Shown here: positions 24,108 to 55,421 of the stretch, one piece after another
Numbering within the stretch: the first letter of the stretch is position 1
Layout of the letters: every line of letters begins with the position of its first letter
Origin: Mytilus trossulus
Taxonomy: Eukaryota
Reading direction: 5' to 3'
Assembly (NCBI RefSeq): GCF_036588685.1
Contig: NC_086375.1
Span: 14,260,001 to 14,324,000 of the forward strand
DNA: 64,000 nucleotides
Made by a program: the position numbers and the translations under genes
The notes under the pieces: model-generated
Databases searched by the model: none
Told to the model about the DNA's origin: nothing
The model's input: only the letters and a program-made list of their open reading frames with translations

Positions 24108-25516
24108 CAGAGGCGGAATTTTCAGAGGGGCCAGGGTGCCACCCTCTTTTTATGACAAAATTTGATTGATGATGTAAGGAATTACCGAAGCAGGACTAAA
24201 GCGGGCAGTGGCGTAGCTGGGTCATTTTTACGTGTACGCCCGAACCCTGGCGAGAGGTCTGAGAGGTTGCCAACCGCCCAATGTCAAAGCACCTGCTGGT
24301 AGTGGGATCAAGGGGACAAAGTCCCCGAAAGCTATCGAGTTATCGAGAATGAGATCTACAATTCCAGTCAGTAAAAAATCATCATACTTTTGAATCTTAT
24401 TGGCTAATTTTTTATGTATGATTTTGAAATATGTTTAACTTATTCATCGTGTTGAACTGGAAGCTAGTGGTCATTGGTTTTTAGAGAAAACGTCCAAACC
24501 AATAATACTTTCAAACATTCTTAAAGGGAGCCGTGTCAGAGTGGCCATACAATCGACAAAAGAATCTTTTAATGGACATGAAAATTTATTTCTAACAGGT
24601 GCAATATATTTATTCCCTGGAACACCTATATGATTTCTTTCCACAAAAAGTGAATCAATTTTAAAATATAAAAAGAAAATGAAAAATATTCTTTTTTTTA
24701 TTTTTTCTTGATCTAGAATATTAAAGTGTGCCAATATTTCATGACAATCTATGAAGTTTTATAAATTGATCATGAAAAAACAATTAATTGCGAAAAGAAA
24801 TTCCGGCTATGAGTAAAGATCAGAAAAATGCACGAAAACAAATGCTTTCAAAATTTTGCTAATTTGATAAAGGTTTGACAAAGGAGTTGATGTAATTGAG
24901 AATTAACAAACTTTAAGCCCAAACTGTGACCACTTATTAATTGCGGAAAGAATACCTTTTATCCGTTAAATGAAGAAAATTAAAGCATTATTATATTGCT
25001 CTGAATACTCTTTTGATCATAAATCTTTTTTTTTCAACTTTCATAAAATTTCACGGAGAGCCATTCAAAACACTTTATCCATTTGGAACCTTAATATTGA
25101 AGCCGCCGACGACGCTTTGACTCACTTTTGAGACATACATTACAGGTTCGACAAAAAATGCAAACCGCATATCGAATCTCAGCAGACAATGGATTATTTG
25201 CATTAAATATGAGAAACGTATGCAGAATTCAAAGTAGATTCAGAATTTTACAGAAAATTGGAAGAAATCTATAATAGGATCTATTTGATTAAAGTAAATT
25301 CAGTCCCTTTTTATTCACAATTACAACCCACTGCAGAAAATATCACCCTGCTCATGTGCTTTTAACCAGATTTTTTTATTCTCTTTAAAAAAAATCATTC
25401 TTCAAAATTCAAGTGTACGCCCGGGCGTTTTGACGTAAACGTAGCTACGCGCATGGCGGGCACCTCTTAGGCAGTCAGTGCCCCTACTTTTACGAAAAAT
25501 TCAGGATCCGCTACCG
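24108..25516. mobile_element. CAGxGGCGGA-type MITE interrupted by a nested element
   Basis: Starts cagaggcgga at 24108 and ends ggatccgctaccg at ~25516. It is split by the 24206-25455 insertion. Confidence 0.55.
24206..25455. mobile_element. Non-autonomous DNA transposon with a 5-bp TSD (hAT5-like), 1.25 kb
   Basis: TIRs CAGTGGCGTAGCT / AGCTACGCGCATG, subterminal gtgtacgcccg motif at both ends, TSD GCGGG at 24201-24205 and 25456-25460. Confidence 0.8.
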
Positions 25517-27755
25517 AATATTATATAGTTCTCTTTACGAAAATCAATATTTTCTTTTTTGTTTGGACAATATCATGCTGACCAGTAAATGTATTCATAC
25601 ATGGATTAATATTACATAATGGGTATTAACTTTAACCCCCAATCGACGTCCATGCTATTCTTAGACCGTAACGGAGATCAACAAAAATGTAGATAATCGT
25701 TCTTCTTATCTGATAGTATATAGTCATATTGTTAAGTCAGGACTTCAATAATTTAAATCTATTCTTTGCTTATTTAACGAAATCAGTAAATGGCACTTAG
25801 TAAATATCAAGTAAATATCTTAATTTTATCAATTTTGAAAATTAAAATATAAATGTATAATTTAAAGGATATATATATATATATAGTTTCGTGTTACACT
25901 GTAGGTCTCGTGTGATCTTCAATCAGGTGTAAAGTTATGTACAGTAATCAAAAAGCTATTCTCTATTTAATATTGATGTAAAGTCGTGGGAATAAACGAC
26001 CAGGTAAGACAGTTTAAATTCATTTCCTTGTTTATATTGAATTCAATCATTTGTATTTTATTTTTTTTTAATTTCTGATATTTATTTATAGAAGAATTCT
26101 CTTAACACAGTATTATTCGCAGGTTCCATGAAAACTGATCAAGGTGTTTATTGTAAGCAGATACATATATACACATATATGTATATTATGTCTCGGGTGT
26201 AAGGCAATTTTTAAAATATTTTAGTTGCTAAAGAGGCAAATATGTAGGATCAGACATGTTTTAACAACTCAGTCCTGAAAACTTTTCCTTCACATATATT
26301 AGGATCATTATATAGAGTAAGGGAATTTGAGTAGAGATATATAAAGATATATGTAATTAGATGCAACTACACACAATGTGAATAGACAAAATAACAGAAT
26401 ACAAATTTTAATAAATTATTTCTGTGGATATCATGCGATTATTATGTTGGTTTATATATAGTTTGATTGTTTTCGACAAAGTTCTGAGTGCTCGGCTTAC
26501 ATATGCTATTATGAAAATAACTTGTGGAATGAACCCCTTTAACCATAGACTGTCCCGTTTTTAAATATAAATATCGTCGTAATCTTTAATTTCAGCCTAG
26601 TAGCGCTGAGCTTACTTAGCATCCAGTGGCAAATATTAGATGCATAATCATTACGAACAAGGATAGAGAGGTTGCGTATATCTATAAACGGTTCACAATG
26701 TAAGATTGTGTTAGTAATAACAAGAAAACCATAAATAATGGAAAATTAAGTAAGTTGAAATATTCAAGAAATTATATGAAAATATCTGCAACAAAGAAAA
26801 AGGGATCACATCTTCCAGGCACCCGTGATTAAATCACAACAACCTTGTATCGTAGAGCCTGGAAAACGCATACAACCATAACAACCTGATATCTTAGAAC
26901 TTGGAAAACACACATGGAAACCATAACATATAGTAATTGGTTTTAATCGAAGTTTTTCAAGAAGAAGAAACACCACCACTTTAAGTTGCATACCCTTCTT
27001 GCTTTCGGCGTGATTGGTATATGTTAAACCTGGCCCCGAGATAATGTCATTGACGTAGAAGCATCAAGTGTCGATTTTTAAGTCACTACGAAACCCCTGC
27101 AGGCGAGCTTTAAATTATAGATGCAAATTTGTACAATACGGTGCGAAAATAATGCTCTTGTTTTTGGTTCGGCAAAATTTAAGCGGTTTAAGAGTGGTTT
27201 TTCATAGAGTTATATGGTGATTTTGTGATGTCTCATTAACCAAACATCTATTACATCATGTACATGTTCTAGTATTCATACATGAGGATTAGGGCAAAAG
27301 TCAAGCTTTTAAAGCCAGCATTAAATTTTTACTTTGAGAAGTCCTACACTGCTTGTTTATTGATGCATTTGTGAACCTCGAATACTTGAGCAACAATCTA
27401 CATCTATTATAGTCTTTACATTCCAAACCATTTCCAATAAAGAAAACACTACCTTACCATGCATGAAACATCTGAATTCCTAACTTAGAACATGCGATGT
27501 CAGAAGATCACAGTTAAATCGTGCTATAAAGACGACAGTTTCAAAGTTTTGCAATTATACATCTTTGCCATTTCATAATAATGGACACTAGCAGTCTTCT
27601 TTACTTTTGCGCTGGTGTAAAATACCATGTTCTTAAAGTATAGTAGGACAAAATGTTTACTGCATGTTCAGATTTTTGTTCTTTTACAGATTTTACCTAG
27701 TACTTAATATGGGTTAGGCAACTGCTTTGAAATTAATGGAGCTGAGGAAAATACA

Positions 27756-28976
27756 ATGGCTGCTTTATCAAAACTTCTACCACACCTGATATTGTTTCTG
27801 CTAAGCCTTTCAATCATTCTACCTGTTGTGGTATTCTATAGCCGAAATAAACCATTTTCAATGGTATTTACTTTATTCCATGGAGAAGATTCAATAAAAA
27901 CATGGGCTAATTCACTGAACAATCAACGTCTGGCAAAGGCAAAGCAATATTTGGCAACAATCAATGAAACTTCATTGCCTGAATATAATGGAGGACCTGA
28001 ACTAGCTGTTGTCATAGTGACCGTCAACAGAACAAATCAAGAGTACGATAAATCTGGATACATCTTGCAGACCGTAGCGGCTACTCATAAAATGTTTGTT
28101 CAGGATAAAATCTTTCCAAATAAAGTAATGATGATATGTAACGTAGATGTGTTTCCTGAGAATTACACCGAAGTTGTCAAATTAAAATCCAGCATTCCAG
28201 TAATTCAAAGATATGGGTTGTCTTCTTTGCCAATTACATATAATTTTGAGCGAAGGTTTTTATACGGTACTAAAATTTATCTGAACAATTACTACAAAGA
28301 AACAGTTGATTATATGTTCTGTTTAGAAGCCGCACATTCTCTGCGCCCAAAATATGTGCTGATGATTGAAGACGATTCAATGCCAAGGTCAAATGCTTTA
28401 GAAATTATTCATCATAAATTACAATATTTGAAAAGGAAATCTATGACTTCTCTGCAAGAAGAATTTGCTTACATAAAACTGTTTTACCCTCCAAAATGGC
28501 AAGGGTATGGTTTTGAATTGACAAGATTATCAGAAATATTATGTATAGGATGCATAGGGGGCAGCACTTTAGTTGCTATCAATTTCATGACGTGTAAATC
28601 TAGATCTAATTTTATACGAGATGCATATTTTTTATATGGTGTTTGGTTATTTGTATTGGTAGTGTTAACAATAGGCAGACAAAATGTAATGGAATTTTTC
28701 AGTTCATCTAAACATTTTTACACTTTGAGACCTTCCCCTGGCTGCTGTACACCAGCCATGTTGTTTTCTAGTCAATTCATACCTGAAGTGATCAATTTTC
28801 TTGAAAGCAATTACAAAGATTTGCATACAGATTTGGCTCTCCATACTTTTATTAAACAAACTGGTATTCCTGCATATCAAATTGAACCAAATTTGTTTCA
28901 TCATATTGGGATGTACACATCATTATCATCAAACACACACAAAAGTGCAGAAGAATTTATATTTGATGATTCTTAA
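27756..28976 (+). CDS. PGAP4: PGAP4/TMEM246-like GPI-GalNAc transferase, copy 2 (single coding exon, 406 aa)
   Basis: Same motifs as copy 1: DYMFCLE, YVLMIEDDSMP, IKLFYPPKWQGY, CCTPAML, EPNLFHHIGMYTSL. Acceptor ttttacag at ~27689. Confidence 0.9.
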   Translation: MAALSKLLPHLILFLLSLSIILPVVVFYSRNKPFSMVFTLFHGEDSIKTWANSLNNQRLAKAKQYLATINETSLPEYNGGPELAVVIVTVNRTNQEYDKSGYILQTVAATHKMFVQDKIFPNKVMMICNVDVFPENYTEVVKLKSSIPVIQRYGLSSLPITYNFERRFLYGTKIYLNNYYKETVDYMFCLEAAHSLRPKYVLMIEDDSMPRSNALEIIHHKLQYLKRKSMTSLQEEFAYIKLFYPPKWQGYGFELTRLSEILCIGCIGGSTLVAINFMTCKSRSNFIRDAYFLYGVWLFVLVVLTIGRQNVMEFFSSSKHFYTLRPSPGCCTPAMLFSSQFIPEVINFLESNYKDLHTDLALHTFIKQTGIPAYQIEPNLFHHIGMYTSLSSNTHKSAEEFIFDDS

Positions 28977-31304
28977 TGACTAATGAAATAGAAAATTCAA
29001 AAAGCTAAAAATTATATTATCTTTTATATATTATAAATAACTAGCTGGAGAAGAATTTATATTTGACGATTCTTAATGAATAGTGTTAGAGAAATCATTT
29101 GAATCATTGCAAATAGCTTACAAAGTGATATAAAGGGTTGATCATGCAAATAATTTAAAATTACTGTTTTCCATATTGTTATGTTGAATATTATTCAAGT
29201 TTAATAAGAAAATGATAATGATATAGACAGAAATAAATATTGCCTTGAAATTGTCATGGAAACTTTTGTTACACATGTTGCTTAATAAAAAAATTACAGA
29301 ATTTAGTTTGAATTACATAAACAATTACATACATGACAGAGATTTTATTTTTTCTACTTTTATTGCCATTAAAAATCTTGGTTCAATGTTAGAAATATAG
29401 TTACAATTTCACAGAATAATGTGTTGCCAAAAAAAATAAATCCAAAAACAAACACTACATGCAAACATATTCACTCATTTACTACTGGTATTTGTGAGTT
29501 TATGTATTGTTCTGTCATGTCTTATCACTTTTAGTTTTGTTCTAAATTTGAATTTAATTAGTTATTTTACAGTCATAAATTTCATTTAAACATCCTACCA
29601 AGAACATACATTCTGTGAAAAATGTTATGCAATTATTTACTTTACAGTATTTTTGTTGTTTTATTGTTTATATGTGTGATATAATATTTTTGCATGTGGT
29701 ACATATGACCCTCCCTATCTGATGTAAATCCTACAGAATAAACTGCTTATATCTTTTTTTTTAAATTGAACTTTCATATTTGTTTTTACATTTTGATGTT
29801 AAATCAAAACTGCAAATTTTCAAAATCCAACAGACATTGTTTTCCCACTAATTTAAAATCAATGCACATATAATATCTCCTTAAAGGGAAAATTCGCGAT
29901 TTTTTACTTATGGTTTAAATATGTTCATTATGACAAAATATATATATTCACAAAGTTTTATCGCTATATGTCCAGTAATAAAGGAGAAATTCAACAATTA
30001 ATAAAAAATTATTAACTACTTCCTGTAGGTCGTGACGTTTTCTCCTGGTTTTTGCATGCCGGGATTTAAAATACAATCAGTAAAAGTCTTGGTTTTTAAT
30101 GATTTTTAAACGTTATCGTAAGCGCGCCGATGACTTATGGTTTATCTAATGAACATCCGATAATAAGAAGATAAGACGCACATACGTGCAATTGTACACA
30201 TTCATGAAATAAATTTTCTATGTTAAACGTATATATTCGAATTATTTTTGTAGACAACCAAAAAAGTTATAAATTTATTAATTAATGCATTTTCGGACTG
30301 ATATATGAGGTGAACAAATTAAAGTACAATAATCTGTAAAGACAATATGTTGGTGTACTCTTATTGACCTTTTACTATCTCTGCTATGACTTGATTTATA
30401 CGATGTGTGTATTCACGGTTCTGTGGCAAATTGAATACTCGTAGATGGCTTGTTGAAAGGTAAATTGTTATTTGCACTTCGGTATTTAACCACGCCCCTA
30501 GGGCACACCTTGCCAGGTGTGACTGTCTATTCGGATCAGTGAATTATAAAACAAGGGAGCATTCAATATACATATCGATAATACTATTTCAAGTTGGTGG
30601 CAAATAAAAATAGATCGCCGTGGAATTATTTAATTATATTTGCTGTATCATTTATTTCAATTCAAATAAATTAATTTACTAAGTAATAAACAATTTTCGG
30701 TTAAAGACGGGAAACTTAATTCATGTGTCAGAATGAAATGATATACACCTCTTGTCCTTGATTTATGTCTCATTAAAAAAGGGAAATTAGAAATAGCTTT
30801 ACCAAAGCATTTTGATTTTCTTTATTAGGCAAAAAATGTACGAGAACACTTACATTTAGACTTTTGAAAGCCATGTATTAATAGATATCTGAAACTATCT
30901 GAAGATAGGTAGATAACTCTACCGAAGCGGAGTATAATATGTACGAACAAAGAAAAAAAATGTTTTTAAATCTTTGCACATTTATGATTAATTATTGTTA
31001 TCTATTACTCATTCAATTACTTAATTGGTACCTAAAATATGGCTACCGCTTGGCATTAAAACTCGGTGTAGTAGGAAGGGGTTATTACATATACTAGATT
31101 ATATTATTTGGATGAGGATTTGAGCTATCCTATAAAACACATTTATTAGTTAACTACATTCGAGACCAAAGCAAATTAACTTAAATGATTCAATTAACTT
31201 TACTCACATATTACTTATATTTCTATCTTATGATTTTTGCGTGCTTGTTTTTATAGAACAGTTTATATATGGTCCAAAAATTTATCATAAAATCATAACT
31301 AAAA

Positions 31305-31910
31305 ATGTCTTGTTCGGAGAATGATAGTACTATAACAGTGGTTCCAGTCAGTCAAAAGAGTCAGATTTTGACGAGTATGGTCATTTTGGGTACGCACTAG
31401 AGCCAGAGTATACCAAAGAAGAGCTCCATGAAATGGAAGCTGCAGAAAGTTCCCGAAATCAAGATATCCTTAGCAACCATCGCTAGTTTTAAGTAACAGC
31501 ATCGATTTCATAACAGTTTGTCTGAACCCGGTTGTTCTTGAAACTAACTATATAAGTTTTTTTTAAGTACAATCGTATTCATATTTTACATGTTAAATGA
31601 ATGAACAAATATTAAACCTATCTGTTTATTTTTTTCCGCCCATGTCTGCTCATCGCCAGAAAAAAAGTTTGTCGCACGAAAAAATGGTGTTAATTCCAGA
31701 GTCAAAATTTAAAGAACTTATTTTCCATGTTTTCTGGTTTTGTTAGAAAGAGAATTGACCTAACAAAAGAATTACTATCTTAGGCTGTCAGTAACACATG
31801 TAGAGCAGTGGGTCGTTGTTGGACATGTAAATCTTATAAAGTGTATCATCTGTTAAATTTGCAGGTCACTGAAAGGAGAAGTTCCATACGGAAGTAGGTT
31901 TTGAGATTGA
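31305..31910 (+). pseudogene. Decayed KolX / P2X7 ballast-like ORF inside the Kolobok element
   Basis: Frameshifted pieces SDFDEYGHFGYALEPEYTKEELHEME and DFITVCLNPVVLETNY resemble the Y-x-FEPEY and F-x-x-VCLN-x-x-VL motifs of invertebrate 'P2X7-like'/KolX proteins. Several stop codons. Confidence 0.55.
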
Positions 31911-32151
31911 TTTTTTTTTTAAATCCAGTGACACATTTTACATGCGTATTCTTGAACGTTTGATACATCATTTACTCTCTAATTGCAAAAAACGAAAACT
32001 TCCACTTGTATTTATAGTATTTGTTGAAATAGTCCTCGTCTCACAACGTATAATACTCTATCTATTTGACCAACGATGTTCAAAAACAAAAGACAACGAA
32101 TTTTATGTCATCCTTCCCTATTTTTGAATGTACTTATAAGGCTGTTCAACT

Positions 32152-33026
32152 GGCAGCACTCCTTTTGCGCCAATTACTGATTTTCAGGGGTATCATTTGC
32201 GCCAATATATTTTTTCTCAAATGTATCAATTGCGCCAGTTTTCGGAACTCATTTGCGCCAATTTACCTGAACACATATTGATCGTACTTATTAAAGATTA
32301 ATATATATTTAGTATTATTTTTGTCTTATAAATTTTGATTCATTAAATAATTGCTACTGTTGTTGGTGCAGGTGAGTATAAATATTAGGATTACCATTAA
32401 ACTAAAGGTATGCATATAAACAAACAGGTAAACACTAATTATAAAAAGTGTTCAGTGACAAATATAAAAGATGTTTTTGCTGATGGAACATTTAAGTGTT
32501 GTCCGAAGTATTTCCAGCAATTGTATACAATACACGGATTCAGGAATGGACATTATATTCCACTTTTATATTGTCTTTTGCATTCCAAATTAGGAGACTG
32601 TTATAGAAGAAATGTTTTCTTTGCTTAAGGAATGTTGTGAAAGATTTAATCGTCAGATGAATTTTACCTCTATGCATGTAGATTTTGAGGAGAGAATGCA
32701 CGTTGTTGTTAAAGAGTTTTCCCCAGGAATTATCATCAAGGAATGTCGTTTTCACCTTGACCAGACATGGGGTCGGAAAATACCAAATCTTGGACTTTTC
32801 TAAACCCAGATGAAGTAGGTGATTGCTTTGCTGAAGATTTAATACAGGATATGCCAAAAGACAAGAAAATAGAAGTCATTTTTTCTTTAAATTGGCGCAA
32901 TCGTATATTTTATTTTTGGCGCAAATGATACCATGTAATTTTTAAAACGGGTGGCGCAAACGTAGCATTGGAGAAAAAAAGTTGTGGCGCATAAGGACGC
33001 ATTTTTGGCGCAAACGGATCCCTCCC
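32152..33026 (+). mobile_element. Internally deleted Mutator-like element (MULE) with transposase fragments, nested in the Kolobok
   Basis: VFADGTFKCCPKYFQQLYTIHG...PLLYCLL and HVDFE...CRFHL are MULE DDE motifs. Imperfect TIRs ggcagcactccttttgcgccaa / ttggcgcaaacggatccctccc, subterminal tgcgcca repeats, TSD GTTCAACT at 32144-32151 and 33027-33034. Confidence 0.85.
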
Positions 33027-35019
33027 GTTCAACTGGCAAGAATACCGCTAAAGCGGACAAGCAGTTTATTCTTTAAATTGCTATCATATCACGACAAGAA
33101 AGAAAATAAATCCCGAAATTGATTTGAAACTTTAATACTCAATAGTTTTCCTAGAAAATACTCACACCCCTTTGGGATTATTAGTGTACGTCCAGTTGCA
33201 TATATTTTACATGAATGTCGGAACAATTGTGATGATGATGAATTTCTTCCTTTATTCGAGAACAATTTAATTGATATATAAAACTGGGATTTTACTATGT
33301 TCATAACTTCGATGAACCAAACCAAGATATATATCGACCTGTATTTAAATCAAACTGGTTCTCTTCTTCTTCTTCTTCTTCTTTTGGTATACAATATAGT
33401 CTGATACATGCATATATTTTAAATTGCACTATAGTTCCGTAACTTTCTATCCAGGCGTATAAGTCAACATCGACAAGTGCGTACATTTTTTAAATCAATA
33501 TTTTTGGTATGTTCCAGTCTGTCCTTTACTATTGACAAATTACATTTTCCCAAATTAACCCTCGGAAAAAATATGGATATAGATTTTTATTTCTTCAAAT
33601 CTTTTTTTTTTGTGGTATTTTTTATATTTTCATAAATAATATTCTTTACACCAGAAATGTTATTTATAAACAAGCGTACGAGTTAAGTAATTGGCATCAT
33701 ATCACTTTCGGACACACAAGACAGATCTGATGTGTATTATACACCTGATAGTTCAAAATGTAAAGTTATAAGTCTGCCGCGTACACTGATCAATACCTAC
33801 AGAAGTGAAACGATGCATGAACTTGCAAGCCCGACAGGAAATCGCTTGCCGAATACCTGGACGTGTCACCTGAGTCCTCACACCCCTCACAATACCTTTG
33901 GGAGAAATACCTTTAGCGGTGCTGGTGATCAGATGAGGAAAGATCCGAATTTATTTGAATAAAGTTTATTACTTTAAAGAATTGTGAACGAATTAGATTT
34001 TTGAAAACAATTTTCACGGAACACTTATTTATTATTTGAACTTTGACTTTTTAACTAATTCCAATATTAACAGTTTAAAAATAACAGATATATAATAATG
34101 GTCATTTAAAAAAAAAAATAAGAACATTTTCCGTGTCAAGTTTATAGTTAGTCAGATAAAACGATCGTACGATTGACAAGATATCGACACGCAATTACGA
34201 CTACATCGGTTACTGTAGTTTTGGTTCTTTGTGTTTTATAGACATATCGTGATTATAATCGTAGAAGGTAACAAAATGGCGGAGCGTAGAAAATTGATAC
34301 TCAAAATTTAAAATCGATGTTGATCTCTTATCTAGCGGAATAAAACTTTAATATCTATAAATTTGAGCCTTTTTATACAGAATGGACATAATATCAATTT
34401 TTGATTTTTTTGCGAAGTTTCCCTTTAAATAAAATTGGAACCAGTTAAGAAACAAGAATATGATTACCAGTACATAGGAACACCATACCACCACATTTTA
34501 ATGCTCATCATACCATAAAATATTGGTCCAAAACCTTAATATGATCTATGAATTTAACAAAATATTTCATTATGAACCTGTGTACCTGAGTTTCAAGTTG
34601 ATGTTATCACTGACCATCTTTGACCAAACCTTTAACCTGAATTGGAACACAGGCATAGGCCACAAAAGCTATGAAACCTTCTACATTTCTGAAGACTGAG
34701 CCTGAAAAATATATTCACAGTACGAATGTTTATTTAATAAGAAATAAAAGTTTTTATCATTCATTTTTATTAGTTATTATGTCACAAGAATATTCTCTCA
34801 CAACACTTGTTTCAAACTAATACCCTACTGTCTCCATGGAAACAGCCATTCGAAAAAATCGTCTTGTCTTTACAAATCCATTGCTGCCTTCATCTGACAA
34901 ATCACATCTTTTAAGTATACTACAAATCCTTTCACTTCAACAAAACTTTCAGATCTAAATAATTTGTTCTCTATGCTTGCCATACAATATTGAACACAAT
35001 ACATGGGAGATAACTCTAT

Positions 35020-55155
<20,136 letters not shown>

Positions 55156-55421
55156 ATTGTAGCTCTGCATTGAATGCACAAAACAATTTTTACGCATGGC
55201 TTCTTTTAAAAAATTTAAAGGCATAATTTTTATAATGTGACAAATATTTATACTTTCATTCGATTGTTTTTATTGGTAAATTTTCATCTTATTAAAACAA
55301 TATTCGAATTATTCCGTGCGAGTCTAGAATTACACATAACTTCCTGTTTGTACTTTCACTTTGTCCACATGACTTTCGACTTTGTATTTGAGATTTTCCT
55401 ACATAAATAAAGAACCAAATT
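55156..55421. promoter_or_regulatory. Putative bidirectional promoter shared by KAT5 and POLR3F
   Basis: Only 266 bp separate the divergent start codons. An ETS-type core ACTTCCTG lies at ~55339. Confidence 0.7.

Larger units (their letters stand above)
29885..34424. mobile_element. Kolobok-like DNA transposon (degenerate), ~4.5 kb
   Basis: TTAA at 29881-29884 and 34425-34428 flanks TIRs AGGGAAAATTCGC / GCGAAGTTTCCCT. A TTAA TSD with purine termini is characteristic of Kolobok. Contains a KolX-like relic. Confidence 0.75.
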
